From the IMG/VR virus record IMGVR_UViG_3300025669_002431: DNA of 64,000 bases, one strand, 5' to 3'. How positions within the stretch are numbered: position 1 is the stretch's first letter; each line of letters begins with the position of its first letter. The position numbers and the translations under genes are program-made. The notes beneath the pieces are model-generated. The model had not been told where the DNA came from. It worked only from the letters and a program-made list of their open reading frames with translations, and searched no databases. The stretch is from a virus. Of the stretch, positions 34,074 through 43,926 are shown piece by piece.

Positions 34074-34598
34074 TTAAATATTTATCACAGGAAGAGTACT
34101 ACCGAATGCTCCCTGCTCTTCTCTAGTATTACGTTCGGAGTCTAATGTGCCCCAAACCTCTAGCATCTTATCGTAAACAAAATCATTTATTACATAATTT
34201 GTAGAATTTCGTAAGAAGTCATCTCCTGATTTATTATATATGGATGCTATCGCTGCGGCCACGCCTGTAGCTTGCCCCATACCGCCTGAACCTACACAGA
34301 CGATTAATAGATCAGAAGCAAATACATCTACCCAATCTTCTATTGCTTCAAAAATTAAAATTGCTAACTTGTCAGTAAATAAAACTGAATCAAAACGTTC
34401 AGCCGCAGCTTCACTTTGAATATCATCACAAATTGCATCTACTCTATCTATTTGTTCTCCTGATATCTCTGGTGGAGAATCAGGTAAAATTCTATCAGCA
34501 CTTTCAAATTCTTCTGTACTTAACAAATTAATTAGTATATATGGAGTCTCTGGTTTTAGGCTTTTTGCAGCCGTTGGGGACGAAACAATGAATTTCAA
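34074..34598 (-). CDS. possible LOG/SLOG-like Rossmann-fold protein
   Basis: LLIVCVGSGGMGQATGVAAAIAS resembles the GGGxGLMG nucleotide-binding loop of LOG/SLOG proteins. Weak. Confidence 0.25.
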   Translation of the reverse strand: MKFIVSSPTAAKSLKPETPYILINLLSTEEFESADRILPDSPPEISGEQIDRVDAICDDIQSEAAAERFDSVLFTDKLAILIFEAIEDWVDVFASDLLIVCVGSGGMGQATGVAAAIASIYNKSGDDFLRNSTNYVINDFVYDKMLEVWGTLDSERNTREEQGAFGSTLPVINI

Positions 34599-34601
34599 CG
34601 T

Positions 34602-34979
34602 TTACTCTCCTGTCGTTATTGTTTCTTCTTCGAGAAGGATTGCATAATTCCTGCTTAAACAGTCTACGTTACTTATGAATTCTTGTACAAACAATGGAAA
34701 GTCAATATAATAAAGGGTGCCTGTGGAATTACATCTTATCTTTTTTCTAAGCCCTCTTGATATTTTTTTAGCCGATGAGAGGTCGAATGCTGTAATGTCT
34801 TTAGGACCAACAGCAATGTCCTCATCTATCATTTTACATACTGGACAATCGGTTGAACTATAATTACCTACGCCTTTAGGAATACCATCAAGGGGATCTT
34901 TACCAAACTCCTCTCTAATCCTATTACATACTTTTAATACTCTTCGTTGATTCTCATTAACTGGTGTTATTAATTCCAT
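34602..34979 (-). CDS. hypothetical protein
   Basis: 125-aa ORF. Confidence 0.3.
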   Translation of the reverse strand: MELITPVNENQRRVLKVCNRIREEFGKDPLDGIPKGVGNYSSTDCPVCKMIDEDIAVGPKDITAFDLSSAKKISRGLRKKIRCNSTGTLYYIDFPLFVQEFISNVDCLSRNYAILLEEETITTGE

Positions 34980-34999
34980 TTTATTATCCCTACCTTATT

Positions 35000-35581
35000 T
35001 TATAAATCTACATATGCCCTAGGCACTTCTACATATAAATCGAATGAATCAGGTGTGACCTTTCTTATAAATGTATTTACTCCTGGGCCAAGTATATATT
35101 CAATTCTTTCAATGACATCTTTCTCTGTGTCTCCTACGCATATTGTTTTTTCCCCTTTTATAGATACATATTTTTCAGGGAAAGTATGTAGATAAAATTC
35201 TCTTTGAGTTTGAAAAAATGCTTCTTCTCGTGAAAGGGGAATGAATGCACCCAATTGTATTGATTTATCTGCGTAGTATTTTTGGAGATATTCTTTCCCT
35301 TTAATAGTAACTGCATCAAGATCATCGATATATTTGCTTTTTCGTAATCCATCTACTACCCAAGTTGGAACATATATGTCTCCAATATTCCATGTAGTCT
35401 CGCCTGGAAAATGCTGATCATTTTTTGAAGTTAATTGTTTTCCACTTGAAATTAGCATCTCTATATGCTGTAGCCAGATGTTCATAAAAAATCTCCTAAC
35501 AAAAAAATCCCGTTCGTTCCGGATAAGTAAATGAAGCAAGCCACCTTGATTTCTCAAAGTGATTTTTCCGCTCCGCTTCAT
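35000..35581 (-). CDS. hypothetical protein
   Basis: 193-aa ORF. Confidence 0.35.
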   Translation of the reverse strand: MKRSGKITLRNQGGLLHLLIRNERDFFVRRFFMNIWLQHIEMLISSGKQLTSKNDQHFPGETTWNIGDIYVPTWVVDGLRKSKYIDDLDAVTIKGKEYLQKYYADKSIQLGAFIPLSREEAFFQTQREFYLHTFPEKYVSIKGEKTICVGDTEKDVIERIEYILGPGVNTFIRKVTPDSFDLYVEVPRAYVDL

Positions 35582-35599
35582 TATTTAATATATATAGTA

Positions 35600-36184
35600 T
35601 CAGGTGGTCTGCACTAGTGGTTCGGCGTGATCTACCATGTATTCTTGGAACCTTTTCATGGAAGTTTCCTTGGTATACGAGGGAGTATTATAAGGAGTTT
35701 GCACCAAATATGCGTCTCCACCATGTGCTCTAAATCGGGATACATTGCGTCTAAAGTCATCTATTAGTATAGTTCCTTTGCTCGCACAGAAGTGTTTTGG
35801 CTTTCCTATGAAGTATGGAACGTCTGGAGTATGTTTGCTCATCCATCTTATTTTTCCGTTTATACATCTTGCTGAATGTATGGGATCATCTGAATCAACT
35901 CTTGCTGTTAGTATACATACTCTCTCATATAGTACTCTTTCAAGTGCAAGAAAATCTAAAATATCCTGAGCGTATTCTGTCATGGGTAAATTCGCCCACC
36001 AATCCTCAGTCATCATTTCTATAAATTCTTTTCGCGATACGCCAGCAAGAGATTCTAATTGTACATCATTTATAATTTTTATGCGAACGTTTCTATCTTG
36101 AATATCGAGTAATTTTATACTTGCACCGAAAAAATCAACAAGTACTCCGTCTAAATCCAAAAAGATAGTTCTGTATGGTCTCAT
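35600..36184 (-). CDS. HAD-superfamily phosphatase, 5'(3')-deoxyribonucleotidase-like
   Basis: HAD motif I IFLDLDGVLVDF and motif IV ILIDDF. Size and pattern resemble the NT5C family. Confidence 0.6.
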   Translation of the reverse strand: MRPYRTIFLDLDGVLVDFFGASIKLLDIQDRNVRIKIINDVQLESLAGVSRKEFIEMMTEDWWANLPMTEYAQDILDFLALERVLYERVCILTARVDSDDPIHSARCINGKIRWMSKHTPDVPYFIGKPKHFCASKGTILIDDFRRNVSRFRAHGGDAYLVQTPYNTPSYTKETSMKRFQEYMVDHAEPLVQTT

Positions 36185-37128
36185 TAGTTTACCTTCCTAT
36201 TCAGAACCTTTAAGGCTTTCTTTATTGAGCCTAAAGGAACTGAGTTTGTTGCTGTGTCAATATTTAATGTGTATAATTTGTAAGGAAAATATCGAGTATA
36301 TTCTTTGATTTTATTCATCATAATACAACGATCCCAACCTAGTATTTCTCCAGCTAACCACATAGGACCACTGTTTATTCCAATGAAGTATTTACACTCT
36401 GCTATTTTATTCATCATGTCTATAATAGTTCCCCCTGATTCCCTCATGGTATTTCCATTCATCCATTTAGGAATAGGTTGGACACAATAATGTGGCAGCA
36501 TAGGAACATTCATATGAATTTCAAATGGATCATATCCCATCGCTTTAACATCATTCCATACTATTTCGGGACCACCATCCATTAAACTTTTTTTACTATA
36601 AGCAGTATTACCAATGAAATGAATGCCCACCATATTAGAATTTTTAACAGGTTTTATTTTAGGTCTCCAGTTACCCCAATCAACATCTAATCCAAATTCT
36701 AATTTCGCTACATTTTGAAACTTCTTCAGCTTAGAATTCATGGGCTGTTCTGGAAACTTTAAAACAAATATATAATCATATTCTTTAATATATGAACTAT
36801 CATATTTTTCTTTAAATGTATCTTTGAATACAGAAGGTCTATCGTGTTTTCCTTTTGTCTTATTTAAAATCACAATATCTTCGTGTAATCCTTTGACTTG
36901 GATCATGGGGTGACAACCTATATTGAACTCCCAATTAGGATATTTTTTCTTAAGTACTTCATATATCTGGAAGAACATTATGAAGTCGCCAAGCCCATGA
37001 TCGAAAACAAAGAGAGCTTTCCCTGATTTTTTCCTGTTAAGATAAGAACAGACAGTGGCTCTCTTTGAAACTATATTCTCTATTAGCATATTATTTCCAA
37101 ACGTCGGCGTCTTCCTCACTTGTTTCAT
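36184..37128 (-). CDS. putative glycosyltransferase (GT9/heptosyltransferase-like N-terminus)
   Basis: ALFVFDHGLGDFIMFFQIYEVLKKKYPNWEFNI resembles the GT9 signature. Weak. Confidence 0.35.
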   Translation of the reverse strand: MKQVRKTPTFGNNMLIENIVSKRATVCSYLNRKKSGKALFVFDHGLGDFIMFFQIYEVLKKKYPNWEFNIGCHPMIQVKGLHEDIVILNKTKGKHDRPSVFKDTFKEKYDSSYIKEYDYIFVLKFPEQPMNSKLKKFQNVAKLEFGLDVDWGNWRPKIKPVKNSNMVGIHFIGNTAYSKKSLMDGGPEIVWNDVKAMGYDPFEIHMNVPMLPHYCVQPIPKWMNGNTMRESGGTIIDMMNKIAECKYFIGINSGPMWLAGEILGWDRCIMMNKIKEYTRYFPYKLYTLNIDTATNSVPLGSIKKALKVLNRKVN

Positions 37129-39376
37129 ACTGTTCTATTATCTCAGTTCTAAGCACGTCCTCTACATCATTATCCCATGCTTTTCTAAATTCAGCATTTT
37201 CTCTGTAATATTTAATCGCTTCCTTCTGTCTAAACTTCTGAGTAGGATACGATTCTAATGTACACCAAGCGGCAGCTTTAATTCTTTTTGTTCTCTTTAG
37301 TAGTTCATAATTTGTCCAGAAGTTTGAGAAGCCTCTTTCGAAACTAACTATCATGGATATGTCAATGTTTGGAGAAAATAACTTATTCTTTACAGCCTTT
37401 CCTGTGAGCTTAACTCCATTGAATCCATACTCTCCTGCTACATCTCCAGTAGGCCTGAAGAAAAAAAGTTGTGTAGATGCGAATAGATTAGCATTACCTC
37501 CTGGAATATTATACGCTCCAAGAAATTTTAGTTTATTAAATCCTTTGAATTTACCAACCTGCATACTATCTCTAAGTTGATTCAGAGCGAACAAACATAT
37601 ATTATAATTTGCCATCTTATCAGAATATTTTTTAAGATATTTAGTAAGGGCACTTGCTTGTATACTTAATTGTTCTGTATTAGTTGTTACCTCAGCTTCA
37701 GTAGGAGTACTCGCTATACTATCCCATACTATAATGGATGGTACATCTAGTATATCTTTGTGTTCTTCCTTATATGCACATAACCCCTCAACGATTGAGA
37801 ATACCTTTTCGATTGTAATTCCATTTTGTGGATTTATCTCTGGATATTTAACTCCAAGATCTGTAAGTCTTTTTTTAGTAGTTGTATTTTCTGAATCTAA
37901 GTATACTGATATAAATTTTCCAGGCCATTTCCTTTGACCCGAAGATATAACCTTCGCAGCCAATGTAGAGTTATGAGTAACTATGAACTCGTCAGTTATA
38001 TATGACCCATTTGGATTATTAACTTCTATGCACTGAGCTTCTGATTTTTCAACAAACTTAACCGATTTTATACATTTCGTTATGGTTCTTTTTCTTATAT
38101 TTGATAATAACTTTGATTTTTCTTTTACTCTTACTGGGGGAAAACAATTTGGTAGGTTTATATCTAGTTGAAATGATTTAAAAATATTCCCATTATATTT
38201 TGTTTTTTTATTATATATTTTTATTCTTCCTCCCAATGATCTAATTATAAATGCTACGTCATCTATCAATCGTTTAGATATTGAATAAAAACACATTCTA
38301 TTTGTTTTTTCTATAGATCCATCAGTATCACATAACCCTTGTAAGATTGATAATCTATCATCAATTGAACTAAATTTATATGAATCTGGTATAAATTTAT
38401 CTTTAGAACTTTTTCCCAATAATCCTAATTCATTTAAAATAACTTTCATCTCATTGCGTAAAATATCTTTTTTGCCTTGACCTCTTCTATTCATTCTATT
38501 AAATATATATCCGTATTTTGAGCCATTAATTACCTCTAATTTTATATTATCTGGGAGGGTTTTTTCACAAATATTTATAATTTCTTTATATTTATCAGAT
38601 ACTGTAAGAGATATTTTATCATTTCGACTATACATAGATCCATCTCCCAAAAGGCACCCCAATAAATATGGGTCAATCGGTAAATTATTTTTATCAAAAT
38701 TAATAGCATTATTAACAGGTATGGTCCATTTTTTATCGCTAGTATGTTGGTTATTTATATCTTCAAAAATCTCTTCTAATCGTCTAACTTTAAATTCTGA
38801 TTTATAATCTTTTTTACATATCCAAAGATGGTCTAACGTGGATCTAGCTTTGGTTCCGTCGGTAAATTTTATTTCATATATATCCTTTTCCCCCTGTGGA
38901 GATACATTTGTAATATTACAAATTTCCCCTCTAGAATCAAATACATTATTTCCTATTTTCATTTCTCCCATAGTCTTCCAACCACTAGGTGTTAAAATTT
39001 TAGAATACAATGGTTGTGCTTTTCCACAACCAGGAGGCCCAACAAATTGTACTAATCCTGTCGAGACTCCTCCACCAAGTACAGTATCCAATAGATCTAT
39101 ACCAGTAGGAATAGTTGTCTTATTTTCTTTTGATTCAGTAAAGTCATATCCTTTTTTAAGGAAAGAAGAAAAGTCTTCAAATAAGTCTTTAGATTTTTCT
39201 AATTCACCTTCTGTCAGCTTGACATCCGAATATTTACTAGTTATTAATGTATCTTCTTCTATTGATGCTGCCGCTTCCGTTGGGACCTGAGGTAGCAAAG
39301 TTTTCTTTTTCTTTTTCTCCTGCACTGCAGGAATTGATTCTTCTTCAACAAGTTTATCCATTATCTTCCTTTCCAA
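37091..39376 (-). CDS. RecA/UvsX-family recombinase interrupted by a LAGLIDADG intein in the Walker A loop
   Basis: The extein reads LGGGVSTGLVQFVGPPGCGK-STLAAKVIS...VYLDSE, a RecA-like P-loop. The insert has LAGLIDADG motifs (LLGCLLGDGSM, LQGLCDTDGSIE) and ends THN|S. Confidence 0.7.
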   Translation of the reverse strand: MERKIMDKLVEEESIPAVQEKKKKKTLLPQVPTEAAASIEEDTLITSKYSDVKLTEGELEKSKDLFEDFSSFLKKGYDFTESKENKTTIPTGIDLLDTVLGGGVSTGLVQFVGPPGCGKAQPLYSKILTPSGWKTMGEMKIGNNVFDSRGEICNITNVSPQGEKDIYEIKFTDGTKARSTLDHLWICKKDYKSEFKVRRLEEIFEDINNQHTSDKKWTIPVNNAINFDKNNLPIDPYLLGCLLGDGSMYSRNDKISLTVSDKYKEIINICEKTLPDNIKLEVINGSKYGYIFNRMNRRGQGKKDILRNEMKVILNELGLLGKSSKDKFIPDSYKFSSIDDRLSILQGLCDTDGSIEKTNRMCFYSISKRLIDDVAFIIRSLGGRIKIYNKKTKYNGNIFKSFQLDINLPNCFPPVRVKEKSKLLSNIRKRTITKCIKSVKFVEKSEAQCIEVNNPNGSYITDEFIVTHNSTLAAKVISSGQRKWPGKFISVYLDSENTTTKKRLTDLGVKYPEINPQNGITIEKVFSIVEGLCAYKEEHKDILDVPSIIVWDSIASTPTEAEVTTNTEQLSIQASALTKYLKKYSDKMANYNICLFALNQLRDSMQVGKFKGFNKLKFLGAYNIPGGNANLFASTQLFFFRPTGDVAGEYGFNGVKLTGKAVKNKLFSPNIDISMIVSFERGFSNFWTNYELLKRTKRIKAAAWCTLESYPTQKFRQKEAIKYYRENAEFRKAWDNDVEDVLRTEIIEQYETSEEDADVWK
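37970..39019 (-). mobile_element. intein with LAGLIDADG homing endonuclease (in the RecA-like gene)
   Basis: About 350 aa with block A-like ILTPSGWKTM..., two LAGLIDADG motifs and C-terminal ...IVTHN followed by Ser. Confidence 0.6.
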
Positions 39377-39740
39377 TCATAGTCGTAGTCTTAGTCTTAT
39401 TTCTATCTAATTCTTCAATTATTTTGACAACCTCGCGAATGTCAACTTCATCACCTTCCTTCTCATCTCCCATAACTTTTCTTCTCACTTCGAACTCGCT
39501 CTTAAAAGAACCTTCGATTGCTCTGTTGACATCAAGTCTTACTTTTTGGAACTCTACTATTGTTTTTATTTTATTTTCTAGTAGATATCTTTTAGAGTAA
39601 TCTTTAGATTCAGGAAATATTGCTTCCATCTTACCATCTATTAGTTTAAGACGATCACGCATCGTGAATAGGTCTACTCTATTTAAAGATATACCATCTA
39701 TTATGTCAAATAGTTCTTTATTTTTTTCTTTCTTAGCCAT
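39354..39740 (-). CDS. hypothetical protein
   Basis: 128-aa ORF. Confidence 0.35.
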   Translation of the reverse strand: MAKKEKNKELFDIIDGISLNRVDLFTMRDRLKLIDGKMEAIFPESKDYSKRYLLENKIKTIVEFQKVRLDVNRAIEGSFKSEFEVRRKVMGDEKEGDEVDIREVVKIIEELDRNKTKTTTMIGKEDNG

Positions 39741-39920
39741 TACTCTAAAATTACCTTTAGTTCGCCTGTATTATTTAATGTATGTAGTGTAGGAGCATCC
39801 ATCATAGATGCATCTTGAAGGACTTCGTCGATAGATTGCATAGGAGTTTCAATTGCTTCTTCGGAACTTTCCAGCTTCGTTTTGTCTTCCTTTTCTTCTA
39901 CCTCTAGGCCATCCAATTCA

Positions 39921-40598
39921 CTATATACTTTTTGGTTTTTTTTCTTCATCAGAATCTCCAACATTTTTTATACTATGTTCATCCTTTGCAGCATTATAAT
40001 ACGATTCAGCAAAAGCTGTACATGTTTCTTTTATTTCTTCAGATTGTTCTATTTTATCTGCATGAAAAGGAATGTCCAATTCTAATTTATTATTATCTGT
40101 TATATTTGAACTGTAATCAGAAGATGGATTCTTAATAGGATATATCCCTATACATTTAGTAGAATATTCTACAATTCTTCCATTTGGTTGAGTTGTCCAA
40201 TAATACACATCCCCCTTATAATTTATAGAGGTGTCTTCATTATTACTAGCAAATGATCTTGCTCTTATTGTTTCATTATACCAAGCAGATATTATATTAT
40301 AAATTGGCAATCCAGTTAATTCTAAATGCACTGAATATAATTCATTATCAATTACTCTAGCAGAATTTGATAAATCATTTTTATCAACCTCTATATATCC
40401 ACCGGGTAATATAAATGATAAATTAGTCGATGCAAGCATTCTCTCAGCGTCTGAGATTAATTTTATTTCTTTTGTATTATTTAAAACGCAATTTGGTAAC
40501 GTCCATCTGGTGAAAAAGAATCCAGTTATATATGGATCTACTGCATGATCACATCCACCAAACGGTCTATTTACTTTACCTTTTTTATCTTCTTCCAT
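39921..40598 (-). CDS. hypothetical protein
   Basis: 225-aa ORF. Confidence 0.4.
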   Translation of the reverse strand: MEEDKKGKVNRPFGGCDHAVDPYITGFFFTRWTLPNCVLNNTKEIKLISDAERMLASTNLSFILPGGYIEVDKNDLSNSARVIDNELYSVHLELTGLPIYNIISAWYNETIRARSFASNNEDTSINYKGDVYYWTTQPNGRIVEYSTKCIGIYPIKNPSSDYSSNITDNNKLELDIPFHADKIEQSEEIKETCTAFAESYYNAAKDEHSIKNVGDSDEEKKPKSI

Positions 40599-40710
40599 TT
40601 TTCTCTCCTATTATAACCAACACTACTTCCACTTCCTTTATTTCTCTGTAAACAACTAATAGCTAACGCAGACAAGCCGCGCTAGCTAATAGTCGTTTAT
40701 TTTAACTAGA

Positions 40711-40923
40711 TTAACTATGTGCTATAAAATCACCAACAATATCAGTTAGTTCTAAACTTGAGACATGAATGTCTGGTGTCATATATCCATCGTGGGTATA
40801 TGTAGCAGCATAAGTCTCTACTTCAGTAATATTGTTAAATGTATTTCCATAACAATCTTGCCATAAGCCATCGGCCCATGTTATATTTAATGCTAATCCT
40901 GTACTAGCAGCTATAATCATCAT
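40711..40923 (-). CDS. small secreted protein (paralog pair A)
   Basis: Signal-like N-terminus MMIIAASTGLALN. Shares ...NTFNNITEVETY... with the 46-aa ORF at 40978..41118. Confidence 0.4.
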   Translation of the reverse strand: MMIIAASTGLALNITWADGLWQDCYGNTFNNITEVETYAATYTHDGYMTPDIHVSSLELTDIVGDFIAHS

Positions 40924-40977
40924 GATGTATTTCCTCCTAAATGTTAAGTACTTTGTATAATTATATAATTATATTCT

Positions 40978-41118
40978 TTACGCAGGTTCTGCTCTTGCTG
41001 TGAGATATTCTTGAACTTCACTAAGGTTATTGTATGTAGTTCCACCGTTTACATAAAACATACCATCAATAAAGTTAATTCCTACTTCATTTCCATTTCC
41101 GTCTACGAATAGTGCCAT
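40978..41118 (-). CDS. small protein (46 aa; paralog pair B)
   Basis: Not in the ORF track. MALFVDGNGNEVGINFIDGMFYVNGGTTYNNLSEVQEYLTARAEPA. Confidence 0.35.
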   Translation of the reverse strand: MALFVDGNGNEVGINFIDGMFYVNGGTTYNNLSEVQEYLTARAEPA

Positions 41119-41132
41119 GACACATCCTCCTT

Positions 41133-42029
41133 TTATTTCTTTCCTATTTTAGAACATTTCCAACCATTTTTATGGCTTTTCTGTCGACCGAATGCCACAT
41201 GATTCATTCCAACTACGTTTAAATTATTTTCTTCACAAAATTTAGATAAGTTATCTACAATATATATTTTTCCAGTTGGATCAATTATTTTATATTTATT
41301 TTTTGTTCCATATGTATTTCCTTTATTAATATCAGATATTTTGTTCCTTAACTCATCATTATTCCATGCAGATTTTATCTTGTTTTTGTGTTCTAATCTC
41401 TTTTCATCACTTCTATTTTTCCAAATTTCTGTCTGTATTTTGGATATCTTTTTCTTTACTTCAGGTCTATTTAGAGAATCAGTAATTTCTTTTATTCTTT
41501 TACTTCTATTTTCTTCAATAGACCAAAAATTCTTTAAACCTCTAGAAACTTTTTCTTTATATTCTTTGTTTTTATTTAACTCAGTAAAAATTTTACTATG
41601 GTTTTTTCTTCTCTCTTTTGACCATTTTTGATTTATTGGTGTCTCTCCACCATCTGTTAAATTTGTGAGAGGACCATTTCCTAAATCATATCTGCCTATA
41701 TTTTTTATTATATGTTTTTCTTCATTAAATGCATTTAATTTATTCATCTCAATTTTTAATTTAATTATAATAGGTTCAAGATCATACCTAAAAATCTTTC
41801 TAATTTTGTTAAGTTTTAATTGGTTTCTTTTAGAAAAACATCGACTTGCTTCAGATAGATGGGATTTATATCTCCGACCATGACCTGCGCCAACATAAAA
41901 TGGTTCATATAATAATCCAAATCCCAAATTAGGATAAACATATTTTCCAGGTTTTCGGGGATCTAGATAAATATATACATAATAATTATTTTGATTTTTT
42001 TTCTTTTTGTTTTTTGGAGTGGAGGGCAT
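41133..42029 (-). CDS. GIY-YIG homing endonuclease
   Basis: GIY-YIG core YYVYIYLDP...FYVGAGHGRRYKSH followed by Lys-rich NUMOD-like DNA-binding repeats. Confidence 0.78.
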   Translation of the reverse strand: MPSTPKNKKKKNQNNYYVYIYLDPRKPGKYVYPNLGFGLLYEPFYVGAGHGRRYKSHLSEASRCFSKRNQLKLNKIRKIFRYDLEPIIIKLKIEMNKLNAFNEEKHIIKNIGRYDLGNGPLTNLTDGGETPINQKWSKERRKNHSKIFTELNKNKEYKEKVSRGLKNFWSIEENRSKRIKEITDSLNRPEVKKKISKIQTEIWKNRSDEKRLEHKNKIKSAWNNDELRNKISDINKGNTYGTKNKYKIIDPTGKIYIVDNLSKFCEENNLNVVGMNHVAFGRQKSHKNGWKCSKIGKK

Positions 42030-43050
42030 AAATTAAATTTCCTGTTGCTACAGCCGCTAATGGGTCTTTTGCTCTTCTTATATCAGAGACATTATATGGG
42101 AATATATCTCTATAGTTTTCATCGAAAACTTTTGTAAAACATTCTATAAACCCATTGGGTAAAGATGTTCCACCCGATACAATGATCGGAATATCTTCTC
42201 CTATTTCGAGAGCATCAGAAGATTTTTCAAATTCTTTACAAAATGTTTTTAATATATATTCTATCATATCTTTATAGAAGAAAACCAGACACTCTAATGC
42301 TCGTTTCTCTGCTTTTTTCTTTGATATAATAGGATTATCTAAATCTAATTTACTCTCTTTTAATCTTGTAACTCTACTTACAGGAACATTAATAGAATCA
42401 GACACTTGTTTATCAATCCAGTCTCCTCCTCTCTTGATAGCAAATGCTAGACTCATAATTCCTCTGTAAGAAAACGCTACATTAATTAAACCACATCCAC
42501 AACTGATCCCTATTCCGCTAAAGTTCGTATCTGCACACTCTGAAAAAATTATCCCCATTCCTTCATTTAAAGGTTTAGCATCATATCCGATAGAATCTAA
42601 AACCTTTGAGAACACCTGTTCATGATACAGCACAGGAGGATTGTCAGCGTCTACTGTGTCTGCTGGCACTGAGTATACACAATAGCCTCTTTGTCCCTTA
42701 GGAGGCGTTTTGACTAGCTTCTTAGCCATCACAGTGAGTATATCTATAGCATCTATGTCCTTGCTGGAGATGACGCCTCCTTCCATAGGACGTCTTGGAG
42801 TAATACCAAATATCTGGGAAAATCTAAAACAATCTTCACCAATAATAAAGACTCTTTCCACATCGTCCTCATTACTAACTATGTAATCTAAATCTGTATT
42901 TTCTAATTCTTCTATTGCTATAACATCAGTATCAATCTCTGAGAACATATTTCTTACTGTATTTATAGTAATTTTACCTTCAGTTGCCTGACAGGCGGAA
43001 ACTTGATTCATTGTACCTAAATCATACCCATAATAATGTTTTATATCCAT
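41986..43050 (-). CDS. actin-fold ATPase (ParM/MreB/FtsA-like)
   Basis: ASKHA motifs: phosphate-1 YGYDLGTMNQVSA, phosphate-2 GIGISCGCGLINVAF, adenosine IIVSGGTSLPNGF. Confidence 0.6.
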   Translation of the reverse strand: MDIKHYYGYDLGTMNQVSACQATEGKITINTVRNMFSEIDTDVIAIEELENTDLDYIVSNEDDVERVFIIGEDCFRFSQIFGITPRRPMEGGVISSKDIDAIDILTVMAKKLVKTPPKGQRGYCVYSVPADTVDADNPPVLYHEQVFSKVLDSIGYDAKPLNEGMGIIFSECADTNFSGIGISCGCGLINVAFSYRGIMSLAFAIKRGGDWIDKQVSDSINVPVSRVTRLKESKLDLDNPIISKKKAEKRALECLVFFYKDMIEYILKTFCKEFEKSSDALEIGEDIPIIVSGGTSLPNGFIECFTKVFDENYRDIFPYNVSDIRRAKDPLAAVATGNLIYALHSKKQKEKKSK

Positions 43051-43052
43051 GC

Positions 43053-43418
43053 TTACCTTTCTAATTCTCCTAGTTTATCTAATTGTGATGCAATATCAAC
43101 AGTCTTTGTTCGTTTACTAACTTTGTTTGTACGTGAAGTAATATCTGATATATCTGGCTCAGGTATATACGTAGGACTAGAGCCCTTCTTTAATTTGTCC
43201 TCATTTTTTTCATTTCCTTTTCCAGTAGATGTGTATGTTACTGATGGATCTTTCATTATTCCTACTATTTCCATTAATCTATTATTTATTAATGTTAACT
43301 GATCCATTATATCGCCAGCGTCAAATGTACTAACAGATATAGGTGGGTGTTTATCTTTTTCTAAGATTCGCAACCTACTCTTTATGTGTCTTACGTCTTC
43401 TTGATGTCTTAGTGTCAT
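43053..43418 (-). CDS. hypothetical protein
   Basis: 121-aa ORF. Confidence 0.35.
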   Translation of the reverse strand: MTLRHQEDVRHIKSRLRILEKDKHPPISVSTFDAGDIMDQLTLINNRLMEIVGIMKDPSVTYTSTGKGNEKNEDKLKKGSSPTYIPEPDISDITSRTNKVSKRTKTVDIASQLDKLGELER

Positions 43419-43419
43419 T

Positions 43420-43926
43420 TTAAATATACTCTATGTTGACTTCTCTACACTTTAATAGTTCATCGTAAATATTTACCATATGGTGCTCTACAGTCATCCT
43501 ATATGACCTATCTACTCCATCTCTAACCCCATCTTCTACCAAATAATCATTATTTATTATTGTTTTAAAATAAATTTTGTCATATGACTCAATATGATGT
43601 TTGGCCATCTCTATCATAGCCAACGCTAATTCATCATCTCCACCACCATTTATTCTAGTATATGCTATTGAATCAATGATAGTTCTATCACATATAACAA
43701 TATCATAATTTGCTTCTAAAAATAATTCATGTTGTAGTTGTGAACAAAATATCCACATTTGACTTTTTGAGTTTCCATCTTTATTAATTTTAAATGGGGA
43801 GTGTCTAGCGTTCTCCATAAAAATACCTACAGATTTAGTAGGGTGTATCATTTTCATCTCATGTGCTTTTTCTAATACAGATGTGGTTTTCCCAACCGAA
43901 TGTGAACCCGAAAATGCTATACGCAT
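43420..43926 (-). CDS. P-loop NTPase / small kinase-like protein
   Basis: Walker A AFSGSHSVGKTT at the N-terminus and Walker B-like DIVICDRT. Family not assignable by eye. Confidence 0.45.
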   Translation of the reverse strand: MRIAFSGSHSVGKTTSVLEKAHEMKMIHPTKSVGIFMENARHSPFKINKDGNSKSQMWIFCSQLQHELFLEANYDIVICDRTIIDSIAYTRINGGGDDELALAMIEMAKHHIESYDKIYFKTIINNDYLVEDGVRDGVDRSYRMTVEHHMVNIYDELLKCREVNIEYI

